DNA from: Candidatus Rokuibacteriota bacterium
Lineage (GTDB): Bacteria > Methylomirabilota > Methylomirabilia > Rokubacteriales > DASRDR01
NCBI GenBank assembly: GCA_044866005.1
Contig: JBIOTN010000155.1
Location: 1-15,120, forward strand
Direction of reading: 5' to 3'
DNA length: 15,120 nt
Shown here: positions 15,100-15,120 of the stretch, one piece after another
How positions within the stretch are numbered: the stretch's first letter is position 1
How the letters are laid out: the number at the start of each line of letters is the position of its first letter
The notes under the pieces: model-generated
Told to the model about the DNA's origin: nothing
Databases searched by the model: none
Seen by the model: only the letters and a program-made list of their open reading frames with translations
Position numbers and translations under genes: made by a program

Positions 15100-15120
15100 G
15101 CCCGGCGATTCTACTCGAAA

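Overview
Very GC-rich bacterial window, densely coding, with 14 protein genes. The gene mix and intergenic hairpin repeats are reminiscent of Rokubacteria/Methylomirabilota (inference only). Left to right: Zn-dependent MDR alcohol dehydrogenase and class V (serine/alanine-glyoxylate-type) aminotransferase (-); an exported hypothetical protein and a small lipoprotein (-); an arsenic operon (+) made of an ArsR ending in Cys-Cys and an ArsI/CadI C-As-lyase-like domain fused to an ArsN2-like GNAT domain, behind a palindromic operator; an XRE-type HTH protein (+); lipoprotein Cu/Zn SOD (-); quinone oxidoreductase (+); TPP-dependent E1 beta and E1 alpha plus a D-2-hydroxyacid dehydrogenase (-); L-2-hydroxyglutarate oxidase (+); a second D-2-hydroxyacid dehydrogenase coupled to a DUF885 protein (-). 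The most notable non-coding signal is a ~160-nt long-hairpin element in two direct copies flanking the E1 beta gene, whose differences include compensatory base-pair changes. A second, REP-like double-hairpin repeat family occurs three times. All calls come from manual motif recognition; no database searches were run.
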